Positions 1-10,559 are shown, counted from the first letter of the stretch. The stretch: 64,000 bases of DNA from an uncultured Alistipes sp. (GCA_947629705.1 CANREN010000002.1:15514-79513), one strand, 5' to 3'. The notes: generated from the letters alone by a model not told the origin. A program made the numbers and translations.

Positions 1-4
1 GAAT

Positions 5-1951
<1,947 letters not shown>

Positions 1952-1984
1952 TGACGTCGTAACATTTCAATACCACTGAAAACC

Positions 1985-2728
1985 ATGAAATTCACGTTAA
2001 AGATATGGCGGCAGAAGGACGCCGCAAGCAAGGGGGCATTCGAGACCTACAAGGTGGAGAACATTTCGGCCGACACCTCGTTCCTGGAGATGCTCGACAT
2101 TCTGAACAACAACCTCGTGCACGAAGGCAAGGAGCCTGTGGCATTCGACCACGACTGCCGCGAGGGCATCTGCGGCATGTGCTCGCTGCATATCGACGGA
2201 CAGGCCCACGGCCCCAGCCAAGGGGCGACGACCTGCCAGATTTACATGCGCAAGTTCGAGGACGGAGCGACCATCACCATCGAACCGTGGCGTTCGGCGG
2301 CGTTCCCCGTCATCAAAGACTTGGTCGTGAACCGCAGCGCCTACGACCAGATTCTGCAAGCCGGCGGATTCATCTCCGTGCGCACCAATTCGGTGCCCGA
2401 TGCCAACGCCATCCCCATTCCGAAGGCCGATGCCGACGAATCGATGGATGCGGCCGCCTGCATCGGCTGCGGGGCCTGCGCCGCGACCTGCAAGAACGGT
2501 TCGGCCATGTTGTTCGTGGCTGCCCGCGTCTCGTCGTTGGCCAAGCTGCCGCAGGGTCGCGTCGAAGCGGCCCGCCGCGCCAAAGCGATGGTCGCCAAGA
2601 TGGACGAGCTCGGATTCGGCAACTGCACCAATACGGGAGCCTGCCAGGCCGAATGTCCGAAATCGATCTCCATTGCACATATCGCCCGCCTCAACCGCGA
2701 GTTCCTCTCGGCCAAATTGGAGGATTGA
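1985..2728 (+). CDS. sdhB: Succinate dehydrogenase/fumarate reductase iron-sulfur subunit
   Basis: 247-aa ORF with three cysteine clusters ([32 protein letters not shown]), as in SdhB/FrdB. It is adjacent to the flavoprotein gene. Confidence 0.9.
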   Translation: MKFTLKIWRQKDAASKGAFETYKVENISADTSFLEMLDILNNNLVHEGKEPVAFDHDCREGICGMCSLHIDGQAHGPSQGATTCQIYMRKFEDGATITIEPWRSAAFPVIKDLVVNRSAYDQILQAGGFISVRTNSVPDANAIPIPKADADESMDAAACIGCGACAATCKNGSAMLFVAARVSSLAKLPQGRVEAARRAKAMVAKMDELGFGNCTNTGACQAECPKSISIAHIARLNREFLSAKLED

Positions 2729-2738
2729 ATCCGCCGCC

Positions 2739-2782
2739 GGACGAAAAAAGGGGCTATCTTTCGATAGCCCCTTTTTTCGTCC
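2739..2782. terminator. Bidirectional hairpin terminator between sdhB and rny
   Basis: Perfect 20-bp inverted repeat ggacgaaaaaaggggctatc / gatagccccttttttcgtcc with a 4-nt loop. A-run and T-run flanks lie between convergent genes. Confidence 0.75.
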
Positions 2783-2806
2783 GGCCGCTTTTAGAAGCGG
2801 TGCCGG

Positions 2807-4354
2807 TTACTTGGCGTAGGAGACGGCGCGGGTTTCGCGAATGACCGTGATCTTGACCTGCCCCGGGTAGGTCATCTCATCCTGAATCTTCTTGGCGATA
2901 TCGTGCGACAGGCTTTCCGCTTCGAGGTCGGTCAGCTTGTCGGCCCCCACGATGACGCGCAGTTCGCGACCCGCCTGGATGGCGTAGGTCTTGACGACGC
3001 CCGGGTACGACAGGGCAATGTCCTCCATCTCTTTCAACCGCTTGATATAGCTCTCGACCACCTCGCGGCGGGCGCCCGGACGGGCGCCCGAAATGGCGTC
3101 GCACACCTGAATGATGGGCGCAATCAACGAGGTCATCTCCATTTCGTCGTGGTGGGCGCCGATGGCGTTGCAGACCTCCGGTTTTTCCTTGTATTTTTCG
3201 GCCAGCTTCATGCCGATGATTGCGTGCGGCAGTTCGGGTTCGTCATCGGGCACCTTGCCGATATCGTGCAACAGTCCGGCGCGACGGGCGTTCTTCGGAT
3301 TGAGACCCAGCTCGGCGGCCATGATGCCGGCCAAGTTGGCCGTCTCGCGGGCGTGCTGCAACAGGTTCTGACCGTAGGACGAACGGTATTTCATCTTGCC
3401 GATCAGTCGGATCAACTCGGGATGCAGCCCGTGGATACCCAGGTCGATCGTCGTGCGCTTGCCGACCTCGACGATCTCCTCCTCGATCTGCTTCTGGACT
3501 TTGGCGACCACCTCCTCGATGCGTGCGGGATGGATGCGTCCGTCCGTAACCAACTGATGCAACGCCAATCGCGCGATCTCGCGGCGCACGGGGTCGAAAC
3601 CCGAAAGGATGATCGCCTCGGGCGTGTCGTCGACGATGATTTCGATGCCCGTAGCAGCCTCCAAGGCACGGATGTTGCGCCCTTCGCGGCCGATGATGCG
3701 GCCCTTCACCTCGTCGCTCTCGATGTTGAACACCGTTACGGCATTTTCGATGGCCGTTTCGGTCGCGACCCGCTGGATCGAGGCCACGATGATCCGTTTC
3801 GCCTCTTTCGTCGCAGTCAGTTTGGCCTCCTCGACCGTCTCGTTGATATAGGCGGCGGCTTCGGTCTTGGCCTCGGCTTTCATGTTCTCCACCAAAATGT
3901 TTTTCGCCTCCTCGGAGCTCAATCCCGAGATCTGCTCCAGCCGGTTGTTCTGCTCGCGGCGCATCTGGTCGACCTCCTCCTTCTTGTGCTCGAGCAGCTG
4001 CAACTGGTTCTGCATCTGTTCTTTCAGCCGGTCGTTTTCACGCATCCTGTTTTCCAATTCGCGCTGCTGGTTCAGGAGGTTGTTCTCGAGTTGTTTGGCG
4101 CGCTGCTCGCTCTGGTTCAGCTTCTGGTTCCGCTCGTTGACCTGGCGGTCGTAGTCGCTCTTGAGCTGCATGAACTTCTCCTTCGCCTGAAGGATCTTCT
4201 CCTTTTTGATCATCTCGCCCTCGGCTTCGGCCTCCTTGATGGCGGTTTCGCGGCGCTTGCGGAGGTTGTTCTTCATCACGACGTTGGTGATGGCCGCATA
4301 GACGCCGACCGCGATCACGGCCGATGCGAGTGCTACTAAAAAGATATTCATCAT
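2807..4354 (-). CDS. rny: Ribonuclease Y
   Basis: 515-aa ORF with an N-terminal hydrophobic anchor and a long E/K/Q-rich coiled coil. It has a KH-like segment [15 protein letters not shown] and HD-domain motifs LLHDIGK and GAHHDE. Confidence 0.9.
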   Translation of the reverse strand: MMNIFLVALASAVIAVGVYAAITNVVMKNNLRKRRETAIKEAEAEGEMIKKEKILQAKEKFMQLKSDYDRQVNERNQKLNQSEQRAKQLENNLLNQQRELENRMRENDRLKEQMQNQLQLLEHKKEEVDQMRREQNNRLEQISGLSSEEAKNILVENMKAEAKTEAAAYINETVEEAKLTATKEAKRIIVASIQRVATETAIENAVTVFNIESDEVKGRIIGREGRNIRALEAATGIEIIVDDTPEAIILSGFDPVRREIARLALHQLVTDGRIHPARIEEVVAKVQKQIEEEIVEVGKRTTIDLGIHGLHPELIRLIGKMKYRSSYGQNLLQHARETANLAGIMAAELGLNPKNARRAGLLHDIGKVPDDEPELPHAIIGMKLAEKYKEKPEVCNAIGAHHDEMEMTSLIAPIIQVCDAISGARPGARREVVESYIKRLKEMEDIALSYPGVVKTYAIQAGRELRVIVGADKLTDLEAESLSHDIAKKIQDEMTYPGQVKITVIRETRAVSYAK

Positions 4355-4632
4355 CGTTTTTCTGTTTTTGTTATTAATTTAGGTGTTTGCTGTTCATAAA
4401 AAAACCGCACAAATTCCTTATTCTTGTTTGACGAATCTGCAAGATTGTCATTTGTGGGGTCTCCGACAATCGCAATCTTCCAACGGCACGCGCGCGGCGT
4501 GCACCCCGACGGGCGGGGTCAAGGCCTGATTTTGAAGCGCCGCGAGTTCGCCCCAATGTAAAAAGTGTTCAGTTTCGCAAAGCTGTAAGGAATCTATGCG
4601 GGTAGATTCAATTCCTTCGTATGTAAAAGAAC

Positions 4633-4704
4633 GTGTTTCTGCGTTTCTGCGTTTCTGCGTTTCAGCGTTTCAGCGTTTCAGCGTTTCAGCGTTTCAGCGT
4701 TCGG
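4633..4704. repeat. Octanucleotide tandem repeat, about 9 units (gcgtttct x3 incl. one variant, gcgtttca x5, one degenerate)
   Basis: Direct reading gives gtgtttct gcgtttct gcgtttct, then gcgtttca x5, then gcgttcgg. On the minus strand this is (TGAAACGC)n beginning at the zapA stop codon. Confidence 0.9.
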
Positions 4705-4993
4705 GCGCATTCAGGTACGCATCGATCTCCGTACTCAATGCTTCGAGCCGACGGAGATCGTCGTTATCCGTTTCGCGCTGGCGGCGCTGGTTGACCGAAG
4801 TGATGGCGAATCGCAACGCGACCATCACCAAATAATGTCTGTCCGTCCAGCCCGGGATATTGTCTTTTTTAATCCGCGCGAAATAGCTGTTTACCTCTCG
4901 TTCGGCCAAACGATAGACCTCCTCCTTTTCACGGTCGATCGTGAGCGGGATGCCGACGCCGGCGATTTTGAGTGTTATCGCTTGTTTGCCCAT
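4694..4993 (-). CDS. zapA: Cell division protein ZapA-like
   Basis: 99-aa ORF. Its N-terminal pattern (ITLKIAG..IPLTIDREKEEVYRLAEREVN) and its position just upstream of rny match the small ZapA family of Bacteroidota. Assignment is from memory of the family only. Confidence 0.6.
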   Translation of the reverse strand: MGKQAITLKIAGVGIPLTIDREKEEVYRLAEREVNSYFARIKKDNIPGWTDRHYLVMVALRFAITSVNQRRQRETDNDDLRRLEALSTEIDAYLNAPER

Positions 4994-5010
4994 ATCCGTT
5001 TATATTTCTT

Positions 5011-5337
5011 TCACCGACGGGCGGGTTCCGTGTCGTTTCCCGCCGGATCGGATGCCGAGAGCAAGGCGATGCACTTGTCGACCTCCCGCATAAGACGGTT
5101 GACCCGTGCACGTGCTTTGTCCCGATCGCGGTCGTCTCCTGCGAAACCGGCCGTGAGCTGCATACGGGAGAGTTCGGTTTCGAGCTCCTTCCGCTTCTCC
5201 TGCAACGAGCGGTTTTCGGCCTTCAGCGTTCCGTTTTCCGCGGCGAGTTCCGCGGCGAGTTCCGACAACCGTCTGTGGTCGTCGATCAGTTGCCGGATAC
5301 GGTTCCCGAGCTCGGTTATGACGCTTTTGTCGGCCAT
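5011..5337 (-). CDS. Coiled-coil protein of unknown function (possible division-associated partner of ZapA)
   Basis: 108-aa ORF with heptad-like L/E/R-rich sequence. It lies 17 nt upstream of zapA on the same strand. Confidence 0.5.
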   Translation of the reverse strand: MADKSVITELGNRIRQLIDDHRRLSELAAELAAENGTLKAENRSLQEKRKELETELSRMQLTAGFAGDDRDRDKARARVNRLMREVDKCIALLSASDPAGNDTEPARR

Positions 5338-5395
5338 CTGCTTTCGGGGAGACGAACCCCCGTTTATCGTTTCGAAGATACGAAAACCCGCCGAC

Positions 5396-5468
5396 GAAAA
5401 GGGAACCGGTCTGTTCCCCTCTGTTGCCGCGGCGAAATATCTTCGGCGAAGCCAAAGGTACGAATAAG
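5396..5468 (-). promoter_or_regulatory. Conserved promoter-proximal module, copy 1 (TACCTTTG box + conserved 25-30 nt + hairpin + T-run)
   Basis: The minus strand reads cttattcgTACCTTTGgcttcgccgaagatatttcgccgcggca, then the hairpin gggaac-agaccg-gttccc followed by TTTT. By hand alignment 33 of 39 positions match copy 3 at 45420. Confidence 0.5.
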
Positions 5469-5487
5469 AACGCGAAAAAACAAATTT

Positions 5488-6798
5488 TTATTCTGCCGCG
5501 GCTTTCGGCACGACCTCTCCGTAAAGGTCGTAGTCCGATGCCGCATCGATGCGAACCTCGTAGAAATGACCGCGTAACAGCCGTTTGCCCGCGGCCGGAA
5601 CCAGGATTTCCTGATCGACTTCGGGCGAATCGTATTGCGTGCGGCCGACGTACCGGTCGCCCTGCCGCGAGTCGATCAACACCCGTTCCGTGCTTCCGAC
5701 CCGCCGGCGGTTGTTCTCTATCGAAATTTCGCTTTGCAATGTCATGATCCGCTCCACGCGCTGCTGTTTCACCTCGTCGGGCACGTCGTCGCGCAGTTCG
5801 CGGGCCGAATAGGTGCCCTCCTCCTCGGAATAGGCGAAGACCCCCAGCCGTTCGAACCGGATGTCGCGGACGAATTGCAGCAGTTCGTCGAAATCGGCCT
5901 CCGTCTCGCCCGGGTAGCCGACCATCAACGTCGTACGCAGGGCCAGATCGGGGATCGCCCGCCGCAGCCGGTCGATCAGGGTGTAGGCTTCGGCCTTCGT
6001 GTGGCGGCGGCGCATGGCGTTCAACTGGGCGTCGGAGATATGCTGGAACGGAATGTCGAGGTATTTGCAGATTTTCGGCTCCGAGACCATTGCTTCGATC
6101 ACTTCGTCGGGAAAGGCCGACGGATAGGCATAGTGGAGCCGAATCCATGCAATGCCGTCAATGCGGCACAGCCTGTGGAGCAGTTCGCCCAACCGTCGTT
6201 CGCCGTAAAGGTCGATCCCGTAGTAGGTCGTGTCCTGTGCGATGACGATCAACTCCTTGACCCCTGCGGCGGCCAATTTGCGGGCCTCCTCCTCCAACTG
6301 CTCCATCGGCACCGATACATGGCGGCCGCGGATGAGCGGGATGGCGCAATAGCCGCACATCCAGTTGCAGCCCTCCGAAATTTTCAGATAGGCATAGTGG
6401 CGCGGGGTGGTCAGATGCCGTTCGGTCGCCAATGCGGAGTCTTGCGAGGCACCCAACGCCCGGACGATGCCGTTCCAGTCGCGGGCGCCGAAATAGTCGT
6501 CGACCTCCGGAATTTCGGTGCGCAGGTCATCGGCATAACGTTCCGACAGACAGCCGATAACGAACAGCCGTTCGATTTTTCCGGCTTGCTTGGCCGCTGC
6601 CGCCCGCAGGATCATCTCGATGGACTCCTGTTTGGCATCGCCGATGAATCCGCAGGTATTGATTACCACGATTTTGGCGTCCGTGCGGTCGCTGTCGAAG
6701 TGCACCTCGCAACCGGCGGCTGCCAAACGGGCCATGAGGTGTTCGCTGTCGACCGTGTTTTTCGAGCAGCCGAGGGTGATGACGTTAATTTTTTTCAT
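5488..6798 (-). CDS. rimO: Ribosomal protein S12 methylthiotransferase RimO
   Basis: It has the radical-SAM CxxxCxxC motif (CNWMCGYC), an N-terminal MTTase segment KINVITLGCSKN and a C-terminal TRAM-like region. I placed the start at ATG 6798 (MKKINV) rather than the upstream ORF start; this overlaps the ftsY stop by 14 nt. Confidence 0.8.
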   Translation of the reverse strand: MKKINVITLGCSKNTVDSEHLMARLAAAGCEVHFDSDRTDAKIVVINTCGFIGDAKQESIEMILRAAAAKQAGKIERLFVIGCLSERYADDLRTEIPEVDDYFGARDWNGIVRALGASQDSALATERHLTTPRHYAYLKISEGCNWMCGYCAIPLIRGRHVSVPMEQLEEEARKLAAAGVKELIVIAQDTTYYGIDLYGERRLGELLHRLCRIDGIAWIRLHYAYPSAFPDEVIEAMVSEPKICKYLDIPFQHISDAQLNAMRRRHTKAEAYTLIDRLRRAIPDLALRTTLMVGYPGETEADFDELLQFVRDIRFERLGVFAYSEEEGTYSARELRDDVPDEVKQQRVERIMTLQSEISIENNRRRVGSTERVLIDSRQGDRYVGRTQYDSPEVDQEILVPAAGKRLLRGHFYEVRIDAASDYDLYGEVVPKAAAE

Positions 6799-7783
6799 GG
6801 TCGAACAGGGCATCGACAAATTCATGGCGGTCGAAGCGGCGCAAGTCGCCGACCCCCTCGCCGATGCCGATATAGCGCACCGGAATGTGGAACTGGTCGC
6901 TGATCCCGATGACCACGCCTCCTTTGGCCGTGCCGTCTAATTTGGTAATTGCGAGCGAAGTAACCTGTGTCGCCTGCGTAAACTGGCGGGCCTGTTCGAA
7001 GGCGTTCTGCCCGGTCGAGCCGTCCAGTACGAGCATGACGTCGTGGGGCGCTCCCGTGATGACTTTCGACATGACGTTGCGAATTTTCGTCAGTTCGTTC
7101 ATCAGATTGATTTTGTTGTGCAGCCGTCCCGCCGTGTCGATCAACACCGCGTCGGCGCCGTTGGCCTTGGCCGAGGTGAGCGTGTCGAAGGCCACCGAAG
7201 CGGGGTCGGAGCCCATCTCCTGTCGGATCAAGGTCGCTCCGGCACGGTCGGCCCACACTTTCAGCTGGTCGATGGCGGCCGCCCGGAACGTATCGGCTGC
7301 TCCGATCCACACCTTGCGGCCCTCTTCGACCAACCGGGCGGCGAGTTTGCCGATGGTCGTCGTCTTGCCGGCGCCGTTCACCCCGACGACTAACATGACA
7401 TACGGTTCGCCGGCCTTGAGCTCCCCGCCGAGGGTCTCCTCCGAACGGTGGGCCTCCTCCAACAGCGCGGCGATCTCCTCGCGCAGAATCCGCTGCAGCT
7501 CGGCCGCATTCATGTATTTGTCGCGGGCGACGCGCTCTTCGATGCGCCGGATGATCTTCACGGTGGTCTCGACGCCGACGTCGGAGGTAATCAGCACCTC
7601 TTCCAATTCATCGAGCACTTCGGCGTCGACCGTCGACCGGCCCGCTACGGCCCGGGCCAATTTCGAGAAAAGGCCCGTTTTGGTCTTTTCCAGACCGGCG
7701 TTCAACGCCTGTTGTTCCTGCTGCCGTTCCTCTTGCGAGCGGGGCGGCTCCTGCTTCTTGCGGAAAATATCGAAAAATGCCAT
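6785..7783 (-). CDS. ftsY: Signal recognition particle receptor FtsY
   Basis: SRP-GTPase motifs GVNGAGKTTTIGKLA, DTAGR and TKLDG are present. I placed the start at ATG 7783 (MAFFDIF), downstream of a TAATTTTG box. The longer ORF start at 7846 would lie upstream of that box. Confidence 0.85.
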   Translation of the reverse strand: MAFFDIFRKKQEPPRSQEERQQEQQALNAGLEKTKTGLFSKLARAVAGRSTVDAEVLDELEEVLITSDVGVETTVKIIRRIEERVARDKYMNAAELQRILREEIAALLEEAHRSEETLGGELKAGEPYVMLVVGVNGAGKTTTIGKLAARLVEEGRKVWIGAADTFRAAAIDQLKVWADRAGATLIRQEMGSDPASVAFDTLTSAKANGADAVLIDTAGRLHNKINLMNELTKIRNVMSKVITGAPHDVMLVLDGSTGQNAFEQARQFTQATQVTSLAITKLDGTAKGGVVIGISDQFHIPVRYIGIGEGVGDLRRFDRHEFVDALFDHEKN

Positions 7784-7818
7784 GTTTCGTGAAGCGTTTT
7801 TGTCGTTTTTTGATCTTG

Positions 7819-7826
7819 CAAAATTA
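7819..7826 (-). promoter_or_regulatory. Bacteroidota-type -7 box (TAATTTTG) for ftsY
   Basis: The plus strand reads caaaatta, which is TAATTTTG on the minus strand, about 36 nt upstream of the chosen ftsY ATG. It matches the TAnnTTTG consensus known for Bacteroides primary-sigma promoters. Confidence 0.5.
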
Positions 7827-7833
7827 CGAATAA

Positions 7834-7911
7834 AAGCGGAATCCACCTAATCGATTCGCTTTTTGCCGCAGCGACGCATCTTCGGCGAAGATAAGGGCCG
7901 AAGATAGTAAG
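7834..7911 (-). promoter_or_regulatory. Conserved promoter-proximal module, copy 2 (degenerate box)
   Basis: The minus strand reads cttactatcttcggcccttatCTTCGCCGAAGATgcgtcgctgcggca, then the hairpin agcgaatc/gattccgct followed by TTTT. It contains the perfect 15-bp palindrome ATCTTCGGCGAAGAT (7877-7891). Confidence 0.45.
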
Positions 7912-7930
7912 AAATTTTGAGAAAAAACGT

Positions 7931-7938
7931 TATCTTTG
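7931..7938 (+). promoter_or_regulatory. -7 box TATCTTTG upstream of the 8029 gene
   Basis: Exact TAnnTTTG match 91 nt upstream of ATG 8029. This argues against the longer ORF start at 7936. Confidence 0.5.
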
Positions 7939-8028
7939 TCGAAGACGTGCGGGCCGGAGCCTCTTCGGAATCCTTTCGACAGAGACGGCCCGACTCTTTT
8001 TCCTAATAAATATAATAAATATGAAGAG

Positions 8029-8931
8029 ATGAACCGAAAAATTATGTTGCTGGCGGTCGCTCTGGGGATGACCGTTTCGCTCTCCGCGCAGGACTTGATC
8101 GTGAAAACCGACGCCACGCAGGTGGAGGCCCGCGTGTTGGAGATCAGCCCCGAACAGATTCGTTACAAGCGTTTTTCCAATCCCGACGGCCCAACCTATG
8201 TGCTGCCCGTGAACGCCGTGGATTACATCCGTTATGCCAACGGCGAAACGGAATCGTTCCGGGAGACTCAACCGTCGCAAGCGGTTCCGGCTCAACCCGC
8301 AACACCGGCGGATCGGCCTGCCGAGACAGCCGCTGCACCGACCCCCGTCTATTCGCCAACACCGGCAGCGCCCAATGCCTTTCAACGGTACGATATCGGC
8401 GATTTTTATGATGTCGACGGCGTGAAGGGGGTCGTTTGTCAGTTGAACGAAGACCGGACGCACGGACTGATTCTTTCGCTCGATGAGATTTATCTGCATT
8501 GGAGCGAGTTCGACAAAACGGATCTGCGAACCGTGGGCGCCGATGACGTGGCCGACGGTCGGGCGAATATGGCGAAGGTAACCGCCTACATTGCGGCGAA
8601 CAACGGCTCGTGGGACGATTTTCCGGCCTTCAAGTGGTGCCGCGACAAGGGCGAAGGGTGGTATCTGCCCGCAATCAACGAGCTGCTGACCATCGGACAC
8701 AATTACAACGGCGGATCGCGTGCGAAGTACAACCGGCAGGCCCGCAACCGCTTCAACGATGCGTTGAAACAGCACGGCGGCGACCGGATGGATCGGTTGG
8801 TCTATTACTTCTCGTCGACCGAGAAGGACGAGAAGTCGGCTTGCACGTCGCACATGGATCTCGAACCGCCGTTCGTCGTCGAAATTCCGAAATACCAAAA
8901 ATTCCTCGTACGGGCGGTGCGGAGATTCTGA
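8029..8931 (+). CDS. Secreted protein with Pro/Ala-rich linker and C-terminal DUF1566-like domain
   Basis: The start is set at MNRKIMLLAVALGMTVSLSAQ (signal peptide). It has a PAQPATPADRPAETAAAPTP linker, and a GWYLPAINEL segment resembles the W-x-LP-x-x-EL signature of DUF1566. Confidence 0.5.
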   Translation: MNRKIMLLAVALGMTVSLSAQDLIVKTDATQVEARVLEISPEQIRYKRFSNPDGPTYVLPVNAVDYIRYANGETESFRETQPSQAVPAQPATPADRPAETAAAPTPVYSPTPAAPNAFQRYDIGDFYDVDGVKGVVCQLNEDRTHGLILSLDEIYLHWSEFDKTDLRTVGADDVADGRANMAKVTAYIAANNGSWDDFPAFKWCRDKGEGWYLPAINELLTIGHNYNGGSRAKYNRQARNRFNDALKQHGGDRMDRLVYYFSSTEKDEKSACTSHMDLEPPFVVEIPKYQKFLVRAVRRF

Positions 8932-8959
8932 ACCCGAGGCGCCGATTTTCGGACGCATT

Positions 8960-8968
8960 GGGGGGGGG
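8960..8968. repeat. G9 homopolymer (intergenic)
   Basis: Nine consecutive G, read directly. The tract lies 51 nt upstream of the tRNA-Ser -7 box. Confidence 0.9.
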
Positions 8969-9018
8969 CGAGGTCGGGAAAAGCGGGCGAAAAATTCCCG
9001 AATTACGAAAATAATGTT

Positions 9019-9026
9019 TATCTTTG
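9019..9026 (+). promoter_or_regulatory. -7 box TATCTTTG for tRNA-Ser
   Basis: Exact TAnnTTTG match ending 11 nt before the first tRNA nucleotide. Confidence 0.55.
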
Positions 9027-9036
9027 TCGCCCGAAA

Positions 9037-9124
9037 GGAAAGATGCAGGAGTGGTTGAACTGGCCCGCCTGGAAAGCGAGTAAACCTCAAAAGGGTTTCA
9101 GGGGTTCGAATCCCCTTCTTTCCG
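9037..9124 (+). tRNA. tRNA-Ser (anticodon GGA)
   Basis: Hand-folded cloverleaf with a 7-bp acceptor stem (GGAAAGA/TCTTTCC) and a 3-bp D stem. The anticodon loop is CTGGAAA. The long variable arm (AAACC...GGTTT) and the T arm (AGGGG TTCGAAT CCCCT) fit a class II tRNA. CCA is not encoded. Confidence 0.85.
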
Positions 9125-9126
9125 CA

Positions 9127-9169
9127 CTGGCAGAGGCCGTCCGAACCTTGTTCGGACGGCCTCTGCCAG
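9127..9169 (+). terminator. Hairpin terminator after tRNA-Ser
   Basis: 19-bp perfect stem, ctggcagaggccgtccgaa ... ttcggacggcctctgccag, starting 3 nt after the tRNA. Confidence 0.7.
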
Positions 9170-9349
9170 TGAATAGAAGATGGTGGCCCTTGACGTTGGA
9201 TCGGCCGGCGAAGCCGCTCGCCCCGCTGCCCCCCCGTCGAAGCATTTCAATCTATAAATAATAATATCCTAATTTATGTTCACATTCGTCCGATTGGCCA
9301 GATAAAATATGCACTATTTTAATTCAACCGACAGGTTCATTATAATTTT

Positions 9350-9440
9350 GGCGATTACATACGAATTTACACCGACGGCAAACCGAAACCGTAAGACCTT
9401 GCGGGCTCCGACCGAAGCCCCCGCCAAGGCGGGGGTGCGG
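9350..9440 (+). repeat. Structured intergenic repeat, copy A (about 90 nt)
   Basis: About 85 percent identical by hand alignment to the reverse complement of 30225-30319. Shared blocks include ggcgattac, cgaatttacaccgacggc, aaccgaaaccgtaagaccttgcgggct and ccgccaaggcggggg. Confidence 0.8.
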
Positions 9441-9554
9441 GGGTGGTTCAAGTCTGCAAACGCGGCTTTGCCGCGAGCGACGCGACCGACAGCGATGCAA
9501 AAACGCATCTGCCAACTCGATTCGGTGTAGAATAGTATATAGTTACCATAATTT

Positions 9555-10559
9555 TTATTCTCCTTTCGGAAACGATTCTCCCAATAGCAACCACGAGGCG
9601 ATCGGGGAACAGTGTATGATTTTGATACAAACCAAACAAATTATCAACACGCAACTTGAAATGAGAGGTGCAACGATAAATTGGAATATACAGAAAGACA
9701 ATCCATCGCAAGAAAGGCAGTCTCTCAAAATCATCTCCAAGAAGAATGTCTGTAACAGATAGATCCCCAATGTATATTTGCCGCATTTACACAGCGTATC
9801 ACCTAACTTACTATTTGGAATCCAACGAGATAGAGAATAGAACAATGCTATGAACGTCATGCTTCCGGCAAAACCGATCAATATGCGGTAATATCTCACG
9901 TATAAATAGCGGCCTATTTCCATAAGATCGAACGATTTTATAGCATCACTATTAAAGCCTTTCAAAAAGGAAGCATCAAACTTGACAAGCATAACGATAA
10001 AAATAGATGCACTTACTGCAAGCATTACTCTAATATTCTTTTGAAAATAATCGAAGTATTTATACAGCGCCACCCCAAATATAAAACAGGGATACATTCG
10101 ATCAAACCCATAATAGGGCATGGCTTGACTAATGATAAGCGATAGGACGATTGCGAAAAGTGTATGTTTCGGAACCTTGGATGCAATGCAATAAATTATC
10201 GAACACAGGAATAAAGATTTAAGAAACCAGAAACTATGTATAAAGAACGAAAATCCCCCCCCCGAATTTCCAACACAAATTGCTATAATACAATATATTA
10301 GTCCAAAAGAAATGGATGGAAGCAACAGCTGTCTAAACTTTCTGCGCAATACGCTTGTAACCGGAATTGAAAATAGTTTGGCCCCGAGAAATCCCGATAT
10401 GGTCATAAAGAGGGGCATATGGAATGAGTAGATGATGCGATAGACCGGCTCGTCCCAATATTCACTCGACAATAAATGCTGCACAGCATGTCCCCACAAC
10501 ACCAAAAATATGGCAAACAGTTTAAGGGCATCCAGCCATTTAATTCTTGCTTGTACCAT
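9555..10559 (-). CDS. Integral-membrane acyltransferase (acyltransferase-3 / OafA-like family)
   Basis: 334-aa ORF that is strongly hydrophobic with about 10 predicted helices. The N-terminal pattern WLDALKLFAIFLVLWGH and a later FHMPLFMTISG are typical of acyltransferase_3. The gene is AT-rich with AT-rich codon usage, unlike its neighbours. Confidence 0.75.
   Translation of the reverse strand: MVQARIKWLDALKLFAIFLVLWGHAVQHLLSSEYWDEPVYRIIYSFHMPLFMTISGFLGAKLFSIPVTSVLRRKFRQLLLPSISFGLIYCIIAICVGNSGGGFSFFIHSFWFLKSLFLCSIIYCIASKVPKHTLFAIVLSLIISQAMPYYGFDRMYPCFIFGVALYKYFDYFQKNIRVMLAVSASIFIVMLVKFDASFLKGFNSDAIKSFDLMEIGRYLYVRYYRILIGFAGSMTFIALFYSLSRWIPNSKLGDTLCKCGKYTLGIYLLQTFFLEMILRDCLSCDGLSFCIFQFIVAPLISSCVLIICLVCIKIIHCSPIASWLLLGESFPKGE
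10255..10263 (-). repeat. G9 homopolymer inside the acyltransferase CDS
   Basis: Nine C on the plus strand, G9 on the coding strand. By direct translation the tract spans codons TCG GGG GGG GGA (residues 99-102). Confidence 0.9.

Noticed and set aside
5000-6148. 382-aa Arg-rich minus-strand ORF overlapping zapA, the coiled-coil gene and rimO.
   Set aside because: It is out of frame with rimO, which carries clear radical-SAM motifs. It has a low-complexity Arg/Gly/Pro composition and is a shadow ORF.
9436-9470. The T-loop-like sequence ggttcaagtc after repeat copy A was considered as a tRNA fragment or att site.
   Set aside because: The flanking bases do not form a T stem or any cloverleaf. 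I found no matching direct repeat of the tRNA-Ser 3' end at the other side of the islet.
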